Assembly: GCA_017475705.1 (NCBI GenBank)
Contig: JAFVFB010000005.1
Span: 1,405 to 65,404 of the forward strand
Reading direction: 5' to 3'
DNA from: Alphaproteobacteria bacterium
GTDB lineage: Bacteria; Pseudomonadota; Alphaproteobacteria; RF32; CAG-239
Length of the DNA stretch: 64,000 bases
A program made the position numbers and the translations under genes. How positions within the stretch are numbered: position 1 is the first letter of the stretch; each line of letters starts with the position of its first letter. Of this stretch, positions 37,627-46,481 are shown one piece after another. Below the pieces are notes generated by a model. It saw only the letters and a program-made list of their open reading frames with translations. It searched no databases and had not been told where the DNA came from.

Positions 37627-39264
37627 CTATTTTAGGCCTCGCATCTCACGTATTTTTCTTATCAATCTTGTCGTAGAACCATCATGTTGTGCGATATTTC
37701 CATCGGTGATTTCAGGCAAAATTTTCAGGGCCATTTGCTTACCTAATTCCACACCCCATTGATCAAAAGAATCTATTTCCCAAATCACCCCTTGCACATA
37801 GACTTTATGCTCATACATCGCTATAAGCATACCAAGATTATAAGGGGTCAATTTATCTATAACAAACATGTTACTGGGGCGATTTCCTGCAAAGCTTTTA
37901 TTCAGCTTAAGTTGTTCAATCGTTAATTCATCTTTACCAGCTGCTCGCAATTCTGCAGCTACTTCATCGGTAGTCTTTCCTCGCATTAGGGCTTCTGCTT
38001 GTGCTAATACATTTGCTAATAGAATCTGATGATGTTGCCCAATTTCATTGTGTGAGTTAGCTGGAATAATAAAGTCTACGGGTACGGCCTCTGTTCCTTG
38101 GTGCAATAATTGGAAAAACGAATGTTGCACGTCTGTTCCTGCTCCCCCAAATAATGCTGGTCCGGTTGCATAATCTGTGATTTTTTTATTATCTAAGCGG
38201 ACGGATTTTCCATTACTTTCCATGTCTAATTGCTGCAAATAAGATGGAAAAAATTTCAAATATTGGTCATAGGGAATGACCGCATAACGATGTATATTCT
38301 CATAATCATTATACCAAATTCCGATAAGAGCCATGATGACTGGTATATTTTTATCCAGCGGTGCAGTACGAAAATGTTGATCCATTGCAGCGGCACCTTT
38401 CAATAAATCTTCAAAATTTTCATACCCAACCATTAATGCTATTGAAAGCCCTATTGCTGACCATAAAGAATAGCGTCCTCCTACAAAATCCCAAAATTCA
38501 AACATATTTTTGGTATCAATACCAAACTCCGCAACGGCTTTTGCATTGGTAGAAAGAGCAACAAAATGCTTGGCGACAGCTTGCTCTCCCAAAGCTTTGA
38601 CTAGCCACTCTCTACAGGTTCTGGCATTTGTAAGTGTTTCTATAGTCGTAAATGTTTTTGAGGCAACAATAAACAACGTCTCTTCGGGATTAATTTCATT
38701 TAGCACTTCTGCACATGCAGTCCCATCTATATTTGAAATGAAATAGCATTTCATATCAGGTGCCCAATATTTTTTAAGAGCGGAGGTTACCATATATGGC
38801 CCTAAATCTGAACCACCAATACAAATATTAACAATATTAACGAGTTTTTTGCCTGTGTATCCCCTAAAAATACCATTACGTACAGCAGATGAAAACTCTT
38901 TCATCTTTGCCCTGACTTTCCGTATTTCCGGCATAATATCCTTATTATCAACATATATCGAATCATTAGAAAAGTTGCGTAGCGCTGTATGTAAGACTGC
39001 ACGGTTCTCCGTGACATTAATTTTTTTACCTATAAACATATCCTCAATGCGCTCTTTGAGGTGATGTTCTTCTGCCAGAGCAAACAATGCTCTTAATACA
39101 TCTTCATCAAATTTATTTTTAGAATAATCATATATTAGATTTTCAAATTCTATATTATACTGTTCTGCTCTATTACTATCCTTAGCAAACAACTCATTCA
39201 TTGTTATGGAAGAAAAGCGTTGATATTCTGCTATTAATCTTGCTACGGCTGAAGATACAGTCAT
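37627..39264 (-). CDS. pgi: Glucose-6-phosphate isomerase
   Basis: 545 aa. IGGSDLGP, GGRYSLWSAIG, and E..G.. near the C-terminus, as is typical of PGI. Confidence 0.93.
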   Translation of the reverse strand: MTVSSAVARLIAEYQRFSSITMNELFAKDSNRAEQYNIEFENLIYDYSKNKFDEDVLRALFALAEEHHLKERIEDMFIGKKINVTENRAVLHTALRNFSNDSIYVDNKDIMPEIRKVRAKMKEFSSAVRNGIFRGYTGKKLVNIVNICIGGSDLGPYMVTSALKKYWAPDMKCYFISNIDGTACAEVLNEINPEETLFIVASKTFTTIETLTNARTCREWLVKALGEQAVAKHFVALSTNAKAVAEFGIDTKNMFEFWDFVGGRYSLWSAIGLSIALMVGYENFEDLLKGAAAMDQHFRTAPLDKNIPVIMALIGIWYNDYENIHRYAVIPYDQYLKFFPSYLQQLDMESNGKSVRLDNKKITDYATGPALFGGAGTDVQHSFFQLLHQGTEAVPVDFIIPANSHNEIGQHHQILLANVLAQAEALMRGKTTDEVAAELRAAGKDELTIEQLKLNKSFAGNRPSNMFVIDKLTPYNLGMLIAMYEHKVYVQGVIWEIDSFDQWGVELGKQMALKILPEITDGNIAQHDGSTTRLIRKIREMRGLK

Positions 39265-39328
39265 GATTTATACTCCTTCATCATATTATTTAATGGTCGC
39301 AGATTACGACTTTGCTCTGTCGGTGTCA

Positions 39329-39482
39329 ATGGTATTTTTAACCTATCCGCTATGCTCTTATTGTTACTGGTTTATAAGAAAATATCAAGTTTAGCGCACT
39401 CTGTTATGGTATTTTTAACCTATCCGCTATGCTCTTATTGTTACTGGTTTATAAGAAAATATCAAGTTTAGCGCACTCTGTT
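39329..39482. repeat. Perfect tandem duplication, 2 x 77 bp
   Basis: The unit ATGGTATTTTTAACCTATCCGCTATGCTCTTATTGTTACTGGTTTATAAGAAAATATCAAGTTTAGCGCACTCTGTT occurs at 39329-39405 and again at 39406-39482. Confidence 0.95.
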
Positions 39483-39739
39483 TCAGCAACCAATGTCTTT
39501 ACAGTTAACAAATGCAATATTACTGGCCTTGTCACTTGGTTCAAAGCCTCTCTAGTGTTACTCTCAAGCATATTACGAATCATACTCGAATCGATAATAA
39601 TACCGAGGTTTTTCATCGTATAATAAGCTACAGCTGAAAGTAACAATAAAACTATAATTAGCGGCTTTGCTAATGGTGGAAAGATAATTAAATTAAACAA
39701 CAAATAAAGTGGAGTAAAATTACTATAGATAATATACAT
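39449..39739 (-). pseudogene. Remnant of a phosphoethanolamine transferase (EptA-family) N-terminal membrane domain
   Basis: 96 aa ORF. PLIIVLLLLSAVAYYTMKNLGIIIDSSMIRNMLESNTREALNQVTRPVILHLL resembles the TM4-loop region of EptA-like enzymes. There is no sulfatase domain. Homology ends near 39506, next to the tandem repeat. Confidence 0.5.
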
Positions 39740-39938
39740 ACTGCGATAGTCATAGATGGATTATTCCAATAAACATACTATAAATAAAACTCCAAAATGT
39801 GATATTTAGTTTATGCTATCTCTTTTAGGCGGTTATCATCAAAATTCAGAAACTTGTGGTTTAATTAACATAAGATGTTGTAAATATCGAATTTTTAGTT
39901 ATCATTATATTGATTTCAATTTTTTTATGAGGATAATT

Positions 39939-40982
39939 ATGGTTAGCAAGATAACTGTTTCTGAAACGAAGAAAGTTTCAAAATCTGCTGCAGCTAAAAA
40001 AGCTTCAGCTAAGAAAATACCTGTTAAACAGGTGCCTACTGCTCTACAAGAGCCTCCTGTTCTTGACCAACAGATCCCTGTTAAAGAAAATATTAATCCT
40101 GTTGATCAGGTCTTAGAAATTAAAGCTCATAATGAAGAAAAGAAGGTGGTAAAGGCTACTCGGAAAATGCCTAAAGCTGTTCGTTCGCAGTCGAAAGGCA
40201 AAATTAATCCTAAGCAAGCGATGCGCTCTCGTGATACGGCCCTTGCTGTGAAGTCAGCCGCACAACAGGCTACAGCTAAAAAACAAGCCGCGGTGAAAAA
40301 TCATCCTGACAACAAGCCTCAATATGCTTTTGACACACCTAAAATTGGTGTCTGGGCTGCATGGGTTCGTGCGTACAAAAATATTTTTAATTTCAAAGGG
40401 CGTACTTCGCGTTATGAATTTTGGGCGTTTATGCTCATTAATCTATTTGCTGTTTGCATTTTTACTGTTATTCCAGTTCTCCTGACGGCTATAACGGGTT
40501 CTCAGACTTTGGGCCTATTTTGCGTGCTTGCCTTCTTATTGCTTGAAGTGATTATTTATCTTTCTGCTATTGTCCGTCGTATTCATGATACAGGATGCTC
40601 CGCTTGGAAAGGAAATTTCAGGCCATTCGTTTGGTTTTCCTTGATTATGCTATTGGCACTTTTAGGGTTCGCTTTGGGCATCAGCAAAAACTTTGATTTT
40701 GCTGGGACTATGCCTAAACATGATGTTATGCTGGTGTTCTACTATTTTGGCATTTTTGTCTTAGCTACCTCACCGTTCTGGCTTCCTATTGTTTACTATA
40801 GTACTAAAATTGGAATTACCAGCTTTTATTATGAAGCTGAACCCCAAGATAATGATTATGGGAAACTTTATTTTAGTGGTTCCGAATTTAAGGCAAAAGG
40901 ATTAAAATATACTGTTCTATTTTCTGTATGTTTTTATTTACTTTATTGCCTCGCAGGTGTTTTGTCTGAGTATTCTTACTAA
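39939..40982 (+). CDS. DUF805 membrane protein fused to a Lys/Ala/Pro-rich N-terminal region
   Basis: GAGGA SD before ATG 39939. N-terminal KKVSKSAAAKKASAKKIPVKQ... region. DUF805 signature FKGRTSRYEFW....RRIHDTG. Confidence 0.75.
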   Translation: MVSKITVSETKKVSKSAAAKKASAKKIPVKQVPTALQEPPVLDQQIPVKENINPVDQVLEIKAHNEEKKVVKATRKMPKAVRSQSKGKINPKQAMRSRDTALAVKSAAQQATAKKQAAVKNHPDNKPQYAFDTPKIGVWAAWVRAYKNIFNFKGRTSRYEFWAFMLINLFAVCIFTVIPVLLTAITGSQTLGLFCVLAFLLLEVIIYLSAIVRRIHDTGCSAWKGNFRPFVWFSLIMLLALLGFALGISKNFDFAGTMPKHDVMLVFYYFGIFVLATSPFWLPIVYYSTKIGITSFYYEAEPQDNDYGKLYFSGSEFKAKGLKYTVLFSVCFYLLYCLAGVLSEYSY

Positions 40983-41001
40983 GCAACTGATATCCTCTAA
41001 C

Positions 41002-41040
41002 CAACAGCCTACAGAAAGATGCCCTATCTGTAGGCTGTTG
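41002..41040. terminator. 13-bp stem hairpin between convergent genes
   Basis: CAACAGCCTACAG-N13-CTGTAGGCTGTTG followed by TTG. Confidence 0.6.
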
Positions 41041-41080
41041 TTGATAATGAAACCCCATAATAATTTTTGCTTTAAGCTCT

Positions 41081-41752
41081 TTAACCACTTAAAAGTGCAC
41101 TTAAGGCGATTTCTAACATTTTTGATGCATTAGAAGGCATATTTTTCCAGAAATCTTCATATTGTTGTTGCTGTTCCTTTTTCCCCACGACATCACTTAT
41201 GATGCGTAATGATAAAAATGGTATTTGATTAAGATAGCATACTTGCGCAACAGCCGCACTTTCCATGTCCACAGCTAAAGCTTGGGGAAAATCCTGTTTT
41301 ATTTGGTAGAGTTTTTTTTCATCGGTTATGAACTGATCACCTGTTAAAATTAGTCCAACATTAAAATCTGGAGCTTTTTCTTTGATTTTTTTTATGGCTT
41401 CATCATTGGCTGCATAATATGGGGGAAGATCCTGTACCTGCCCCTTTTGATTTGGGCTTCCGCACCATACATCATGATAACATGCTTTATCTGCAAGTAT
41501 AATGTCACCTTGATGCAAACTTTGATCTATTCCGCCTGCTAATCCTGTTGTTATGATATAATCTGGTTTAAGATTGCTGGAATATTCTGTCATAACAGCT
41601 GCATTAACTTTTCCTATTCCTGATTTGATTAATACAATTTGGTGACCATTTACAGCAGCAACGGCGAATTTATCATCCCCGCTAAAATCGTATAATTTAC
41701 ACATTGCGTTAAATTCACTCTGCATTGCTGTAATAATTACTATTTCTGTCAT
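41081..41752 (-). CDS. mtnN: 5'-methylthioadenosine/S-adenosylhomocysteine nucleosidase
   Basis: AGGA SD before ATG 41752. IITAMQSE, SGIGKVNAA, GLAGG and VDMESAAVAQV motifs. Confidence 0.88.
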   Translation of the reverse strand: MTEIVIITAMQSEFNAMCKLYDFSGDDKFAVAAVNGHQIVLIKSGIGKVNAAVMTEYSSNLKPDYIITTGLAGGIDQSLHQGDIILADKACYHDVWCGSPNQKGQVQDLPPYYAANDEAIKKIKEKAPDFNVGLILTGDQFITDEKKLYQIKQDFPQALAVDMESAAVAQVCYLNQIPFLSLRIISDVVGKKEQQQQYEDFWKNMPSNASKMLEIALSALLSG

Positions 41753-41759
41753 TTTTTTC

Positions 41760-42419
41760 CTAACTATATTTACGTACAATACCATAAAGTACGCCTTGAA
41801 TTTTTAGTCTGTCTTTGGTTAATTTAATTGGGCTGTAGTCTTTATTACAGGGTAACAGCCAAACTTCATCCCCTTTCTTTTTATCCAGAACTTTTAAGGT
41901 TGCTTCTTCATTATCTACCAAAGCCACAACTATTTGCCCATTATTGGCTTGTTCTGCCCTGCGAATAATTGCAGTATCCCCATCAAATATACCAGCATCT
42001 ATCATTGATTCTCCTTCGATAGTTAAAGCATACAGTTCTGATGAAGATGAAAAGCTTTTCGGAATGTAAATGTACTCAGAGGGATTGGCTATTGCTTCAA
42101 TCGGCGTTCCTGCTGCAATTTTACCATATAGAGGTATCATTAGTGAAAACTCTGTTGTTTCATTTTCATTGGCTATATTTTCCATATGGAAGTTATTTTC
42201 ATACTTTTCTGGTATTTTAATAACCTCTAATGCTCTCGCACGATGAGCCATTTTGCGAATAAAACCTCTTTCCTCCAATGAATTTAACAACACATGAATT
42301 CCTGATTTTGATTTAAGTCCAATAGCTTCTTTCATTTCTTCGAAAGAAGGAGAATGTCCATGACCTTTTATAAATTCATCAATATACATTAACAATTTAA
42401 GTTGCTTTGGGGTTAGCAT
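41760..42419 (-). CDS. lexA: LexA repressor (long-linker form)
   Basis: MLTPKQLKLLMYIDEF..GHSPSFEEM wHTH domain. GESMIDAGIFDGD (Ser) and ATLKVL (Lys) S24 motifs. Strong AAGGAGG SD. Confidence 0.92.
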   Translation of the reverse strand: MLTPKQLKLLMYIDEFIKGHGHSPSFEEMKEAIGLKSKSGIHVLLNSLEERGFIRKMAHRARALEVIKIPEKYENNFHMENIANENETTEFSLMIPLYGKIAAGTPIEAIANPSEYIYIPKSFSSSSELYALTIEGESMIDAGIFDGDTAIIRRAEQANNGQIVVALVDNEEATLKVLDKKKGDEVWLLPCNKDYSPIKLTKDRLKIQGVLYGIVRKYS

Positions 42420-42441
42420 GTTACCTCCTTTTCCATATTTT

Positions 42442-42474
42442 GTTCTACTTAGTTCTGTTTTTTTCTCTTGTCAA
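42442..42474 (-). promoter_or_regulatory. lexA promoter with a GAAC-N6-GAAC direct repeat bracketing the -10
   Basis: Minus strand reads TTGACA, a 17-nt spacer, then TAAGTA. GAAC copies (plus-strand GTTC at 42442-45 and 42452-55) flank the -10 hexamer. Confidence 0.4.
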
Positions 42475-42554
42475 GTACTTTTTTTGTTCTTTTTTGTTTC
42501 TCTTAGCTATATGTTAATCTTTTGATATTTATATAGCTTGTACGGGAGTTTAGT

Positions 42555-43250
42555 ATGACTGTTTTTTCTTATAAAATAATAGAGACGACAAAACCTATTA
42601 CCAAATTGGTTGTTTTTTTGCACGGTTATACTAGTAATGCTGAGGATATAATTCCTTATGCGCAAATTTTGGCGCAAAATTTAACCCATACTCTTATTGT
42701 TGTTCCTGAAGCGGACATGCCAAGCGAGCGTAAGCCTGATAAAAAACAATGGTATGCTCTGCTGGATATTGACCCCATGCGTCGTCGAAAGGATCCGCTA
42801 ACGCCTACCAATGAAATTGTTGAAATTTATAACAAGGCCGGACCACGTATTAGTGCAGTAGCTCGACGCCTTAATCGTTTTATTACGCAACTCCAGCGTC
42901 TATATCATATCCGCAATAAAAATACTTTTGTAATGGGGTTTTCTCAAGGGGCAATGCTTGCGCTTTATGTCGGCCTTACTCGCCACTACGTATTGGGAGG
43001 AATTTTCCCTTTTGCCGGAATAATCTGCGGTAAAGATTTATTAGAAAAAGAACAAGTGTCTCATCCAGAGGTCTATCTTTTTCATGGTACTGGAGATTTT
43101 GCGGTTCAATATAAAACCCTGGACTTTACTAAAAAATGGCTTGATAATCACCATATTGCATGGACTGCTCTTGAATATGACGGAATTGCTCATAAGCTTA
43201 TTATTGATGAGATGCTAGATGCTGCTCATATTATCAGCCAACGAACTTAA
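42555..43250 (+). CDS. Phospholipase/carboxylesterase-family alpha/beta hydrolase
   Basis: VVFLHGYTSN, GFSQGAM (GxSxG) and FHGTGD motifs. Confidence 0.8.
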   Translation: MTVFSYKIIETTKPITKLVVFLHGYTSNAEDIIPYAQILAQNLTHTLIVVPEADMPSERKPDKKQWYALLDIDPMRRRKDPLTPTNEIVEIYNKAGPRISAVARRLNRFITQLQRLYHIRNKNTFVMGFSQGAMLALYVGLTRHYVLGGIFPFAGIICGKDLLEKEQVSHPEVYLFHGTGDFAVQYKTLDFTKKWLDNHHIAWTALEYDGIAHKLIIDEMLDAAHIISQRT

Positions 43251-43726
43251 TATTTTTGATTTTGCTTAATCCAGTTTAATACCTCTATTAATCTATCAGC
43301 GGTAAAATCTCGCCCGAGCTTTGCTTGTACTGTAGGAATATTAGAGCGAATATAATGCTCATAAAGCTCGCGGTAAGGTGTTATAATCACAATCGGTTTT
43401 ACTAATCTTTTCCACTCAATGGCAGCGAAAACCTCCGTGTATACAAAATTAATATTTGCTTTTGATTGCTGTATTTTTTCTATATCTGGCGAATCCTTAA
43501 ACCATAAACCATAACTCTTTTCTTCTGGCCATAAAGAGCTATTAATAATAACTTTAAAATTTTTCTGTTGCACCTCCTCAATAAGTTTAGTTTCTGATTT
43601 TGTGGGATGTTCGGTTTGAGTGTAGATATATATTTTTTCTTTATTGAAAGAGAAAAATGGCAGCATGCTAAGCATAACTGCCATAATCACTATGATAAAT
43701 ATCCGATGTCTGATTTTATTTTTCAT
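43247..43726 (-). CDS. Hypothetical membrane-anchored protein
   Basis: 159 aa with an N-terminal TM. Abuts the upstream glycosyltransferase gene. Confidence 0.55.
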   Translation of the reverse strand: MKNKIRHRIFIIVIMAVMLSMLPFFSFNKEKIYIYTQTEHPTKSETKLIEEVQQKNFKVIINSSLWPEEKSYGLWFKDSPDIEKIQQSKANINFVYTEVFAAIEWKRLVKPIVIITPYRELYEHYIRSNIPTVQAKLGRDFTADRLIEVLNWIKQNQKY

Positions 43727-44740
43727 TTACAACTTTTTTTCGTTGATTAAAAATTCAACCAGTCCATTCAGACGTTGCACAAATGCGTCTACATTATATT
43801 CAGAAGTTGCTATTCTATAGGCCTTTTCTGCTTTTTCAGAACGTGCTTTCGGATCATTTATATATTGATTGTATAGGGCTTTTAACTCTTCTGCATTTTT
43901 GAACATAGGAATTGCATCACCAAATACAGCCTCTATTTCTTTATTATACGGTGCAATTATAAATCCTTTTGCTGATGCTATATCAAAAATTCTAGATGGA
44001 ATAATTCCTATTTTAGCCTCATTGGCACTTACATTAACTAAATTAATTTTGGCCGATGCAAAATAAGCTCCCAAATCATTATCATGAATATATTCACCTT
44101 TAATATATTCATCATCAATATTTCCTGTCCAAAAGCGTCCATATATTTCTACGGGAAGCTTTGCATCAAGAGCCGAGGCGATAGCCGGACTGTAGCGGTC
44201 ATTATCACCAACATAAAGCAAATCTCTAACTAGTTCTTCACGAGGTTGTGGATAGTATACTGCAGGATCCGAAAATTCTGGTAGGAAGACTGCTGCATAG
44301 CCATTGCCTATAACATAGCTGTAAAAATCCTGAGATGATGTTGCAATTCCATCAAATGCACTAAGCTCTTCGGGATAAAGAGAGTCAAAATCCCTAATAT
44401 AAACTATGTTAACTGCTTTTTTGTTTGGTCTTAATTCCTTAAATGGATTGTACCCACGAATATAAATATTTACTCCAGCATCTTCGGCTACTGATGGATA
44501 CAAATTGTCTTCTGTTGTGGCAACAACATTATATCCAACCCGAGAAAAAGCTTTTTCCATCATTGCACTCATATCAGCACGACTCATCGTCCGATATTGG
44601 CGCAAGTCACCAATGCGCAAAGCAAGCTTGTTTAGATCTGTTTTAACAACACTACCTTTTAAGGCAAATAAACCGATAATTAACGCCAATAAAATGAAGG
44701 TTAATATCGATAGGATGATTTTCATTGTTTTATCACTCAT
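43727..44740 (-). CDS. Membrane-anchored CgeB-like glycosyltransferase
   Basis: GGAGAG SD before ATG 44740. N-terminal TM. C-terminal IPSRIFDIASAKGFII....E....F.....F.N.EEL pattern. Confidence 0.6.
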   Translation of the reverse strand: MSDKTMKIILSILTFILLALIIGLFALKGSVVKTDLNKLALRIGDLRQYRTMSRADMSAMMEKAFSRVGYNVVATTEDNLYPSVAEDAGVNIYIRGYNPFKELRPNKKAVNIVYIRDFDSLYPEELSAFDGIATSSQDFYSYVIGNGYAAVFLPEFSDPAVYYPQPREELVRDLLYVGDNDRYSPAIASALDAKLPVEIYGRFWTGNIDDEYIKGEYIHDNDLGAYFASAKINLVNVSANEAKIGIIPSRIFDIASAKGFIIAPYNKEIEAVFGDAIPMFKNAEELKALYNQYINDPKARSEKAEKAYRIATSEYNVDAFVQRLNGLVEFLINEKKL

Positions 44741-44922
44741 CTCGGTCTCTCCACAACATAATTTTTGAATAAATTTTAGTCCCATTGCCGTTTATTTTAA
44801 TTTTCGTTCATTATATATACAAGTTAAATCTTTCCTCTTTACACAGAATTTAGAATTTGACATTGCTGTTTTTTTCCTATAGAAGAATTACTGATTTTGA
44901 TTATTATAGAAAGGAACTTTAA

Positions 44923-45459
44923 ATGAAATATATTTGCACTGTCTGCGGACAAGTCATTGAAAGTGATGACCTTCCAGAAGTTTGCCCTATATGTGGTGCC
45001 AAAACATTCAAGCCCCTTGATGAAAATGAAAAAAATTATGCTGACGAGCATCGAATCGGCGTTGCTAAAGGCTTAGATGAACGTGTTGTCAGTGGTTTAC
45101 GCGAACACTTTAGTGGCGAATGCTCCGAGGTTGGTATGTATCTTGCTATGAGTCGTCAGGCCGATCGGGAAGGCTTTCCTGAAATTGCTGAAGCCTTCAA
45201 GCGCTATGCATTTGAAGAAGCTGATCACGCAGCTCGGATTGCTGAAATGCTTGGTGAAGTTTTGACAGACTCTACTAAAAAGAATGTTGAAATGCGTGCT
45301 GCTGCAGAATTTGGGGCCTGCGATGGCAAAAAGAAAATTGCGACTTTAGCCAAAGAGTTAGGCTATGATGCTGTTCATGATAGCATTCATGAAATGGCTA
45401 AAGACGAAGCGCGCCATGGTAAGGGTTTTGACGGCCTGTTAAAACGTTATTTTAAATAA
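44923..45459 (+). CDS. rbr: Reverse rubrerythrin (N-terminal rubredoxin-like CxxC...CxxC plus ferritin-like domain)
   Basis: YICTVCGQ....VCPICGA, then E..MY, EEADHA and DEARHG diiron motifs. Confidence 0.88.
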   Translation: MKYICTVCGQVIESDDLPEVCPICGAKTFKPLDENEKNYADEHRIGVAKGLDERVVSGLREHFSGECSEVGMYLAMSRQADREGFPEIAEAFKRYAFEEADHAARIAEMLGEVLTDSTKKNVEMRAAAEFGACDGKKKIATLAKELGYDAVHDSIHEMAKDEARHGKGFDGLLKRYFK

Positions 45460-45489
45460 ATTTACTTTGATAAATTTACTTTGTGTATC

Positions 45490-45520
45490 AATAACCTACA
45501 CAAGTTGTAGGTTATTTTTT
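45490..45520. terminator. Terminator hairpin between rbr and licD
   Basis: AATAACCTACA-CAAGT-TGTAGGTTATT followed by TTTT. Confidence 0.7.
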
Positions 45521-46453
45521 GGCGTAGTGCTGAATTTTCAGCATATCAGACGCAGAAATCTTCTTCATATCCGTATGAGTATGCAGACTATATGGTAATG
45601 ATAAATAGTCTCCATATACATATGTCAGATACTCATGTGGTTTGGCTACTGTTGGAAATGTTTCTCCCTCAAATTTTATCTGCCCTAGAGGGAAAATCAT
45701 ATCATAATCAAATATAGCATACCCCATCTGATGAGTATGTCTAAACTCTACGCCATAAAATACCGATAGATTTTGACTGTTCTCTTGAGGTACTTCTAAG
45801 TACTTCTTTCTTAATTCATTAAAACTTTCATGCCAGGCAGCAATAGAGGTAAATTTTTTTCGATTTAGTGCATGTTTCTCTTGCTGTTTTATGAGCTCTC
45901 GGCTGAATTCTTGTTTTTGTTGATCATCCATTTTTTGATAATAAAAATCTGCCACGAATACATCTACCCATATGTCTGGTATTTCTTTATGTACGACTTT
46001 GATTAAATTGTACATTGGGTTGCAGGGGTCTGTATATAAAACAGCTTGCAAATTTTTATCTTGTGTATGTTGGTTAAATTCCTCAATAAAATTTTCATAA
46101 TCTTTGCGTAACATGACAATATCTATATCATCATCCCAAGGAATAAATCCTTGGTGTCTGATGGCTCCTAGCAGAGTTCCATAATCCAACCAATATGTCA
46201 TCTGGCAATCTTTACACACCCTATCAATCTCTTTTAGGATTTTTAGTTCTGCACATTGAATATTTCTTAGCACGCCTTGGGCTGGGGGCAAGTTGCTGGC
46301 TGTTATCGCAGTATGAATCAGATTTTCCAGTCCCTGTACTTCTCGTTTTATATCCTTTGCTAAAGCTTTGGGACTTTGTGTACCAAAGCGCAATATTTTT
46401 TTATTAAAGAGATAAATCGTCTTGCTATTTTCTGTTTTGACAATTTTAAGCAT
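45512..46453 (-). CDS. licD: LicD-family phosphotransferase (phosphocholine/ribitol-phosphate-type)
   Basis: YWLDYGTLLGAIRHQGFIPWDDDIDIVM core motif. Confidence 0.85.
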   Translation of the reverse strand: MLKIVKTENSKTIYLFNKKILRFGTQSPKALAKDIKREVQGLENLIHTAITASNLPPAQGVLRNIQCAELKILKEIDRVCKDCQMTYWLDYGTLLGAIRHQGFIPWDDDIDIVMLRKDYENFIEEFNQHTQDKNLQAVLYTDPCNPMYNLIKVVHKEIPDIWVDVFVADFYYQKMDDQQKQEFSRELIKQQEKHALNRKKFTSIAAWHESFNELRKKYLEVPQENSQNLSVFYGVEFRHTHQMGYAIFDYDMIFPLGQIKFEGETFPTVAKPHEYLTYVYGDYLSLPYSLHTHTDMKKISASDMLKIQHYAKK

Positions 46454-46481
46454 AGTCGTCCTTTCTGTCAGTCCATAGTCC

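Noticed and set aside
39329-39482. Considered whether the 77-bp repeats are a CRISPR array or a minisatellite.
   Set aside because: There are only two abutting copies with no spacers and no cas genes. A simple tandem duplication fits better.
39429-39623. A 64-aa plus-strand ORF spanning the tandem repeat and the eptA remnant.
   Set aside because: It lies antisense to the remnant and begins inside duplicated non-coding sequence. It looks spurious.
44786-44922. A possible PerR/Fur-type operator upstream of rubrerythrin (AGAATTTAGAATTTGACA and TGATTTTGATTATTATAG).
   Set aside because: It has only a loose AT-rich resemblance to Fur/PerR boxes and no clear inverted repeat. It cannot be supported without a genome-wide motif search.
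45456-45483. A 14-bp tandem duplication (ATAAATTTACTTTG x 2) that includes the rubrerythrin stop codon.
   Set aside because: It is very short and AT-rich and does not alter the ORF. It is likely a trivial slippage product.
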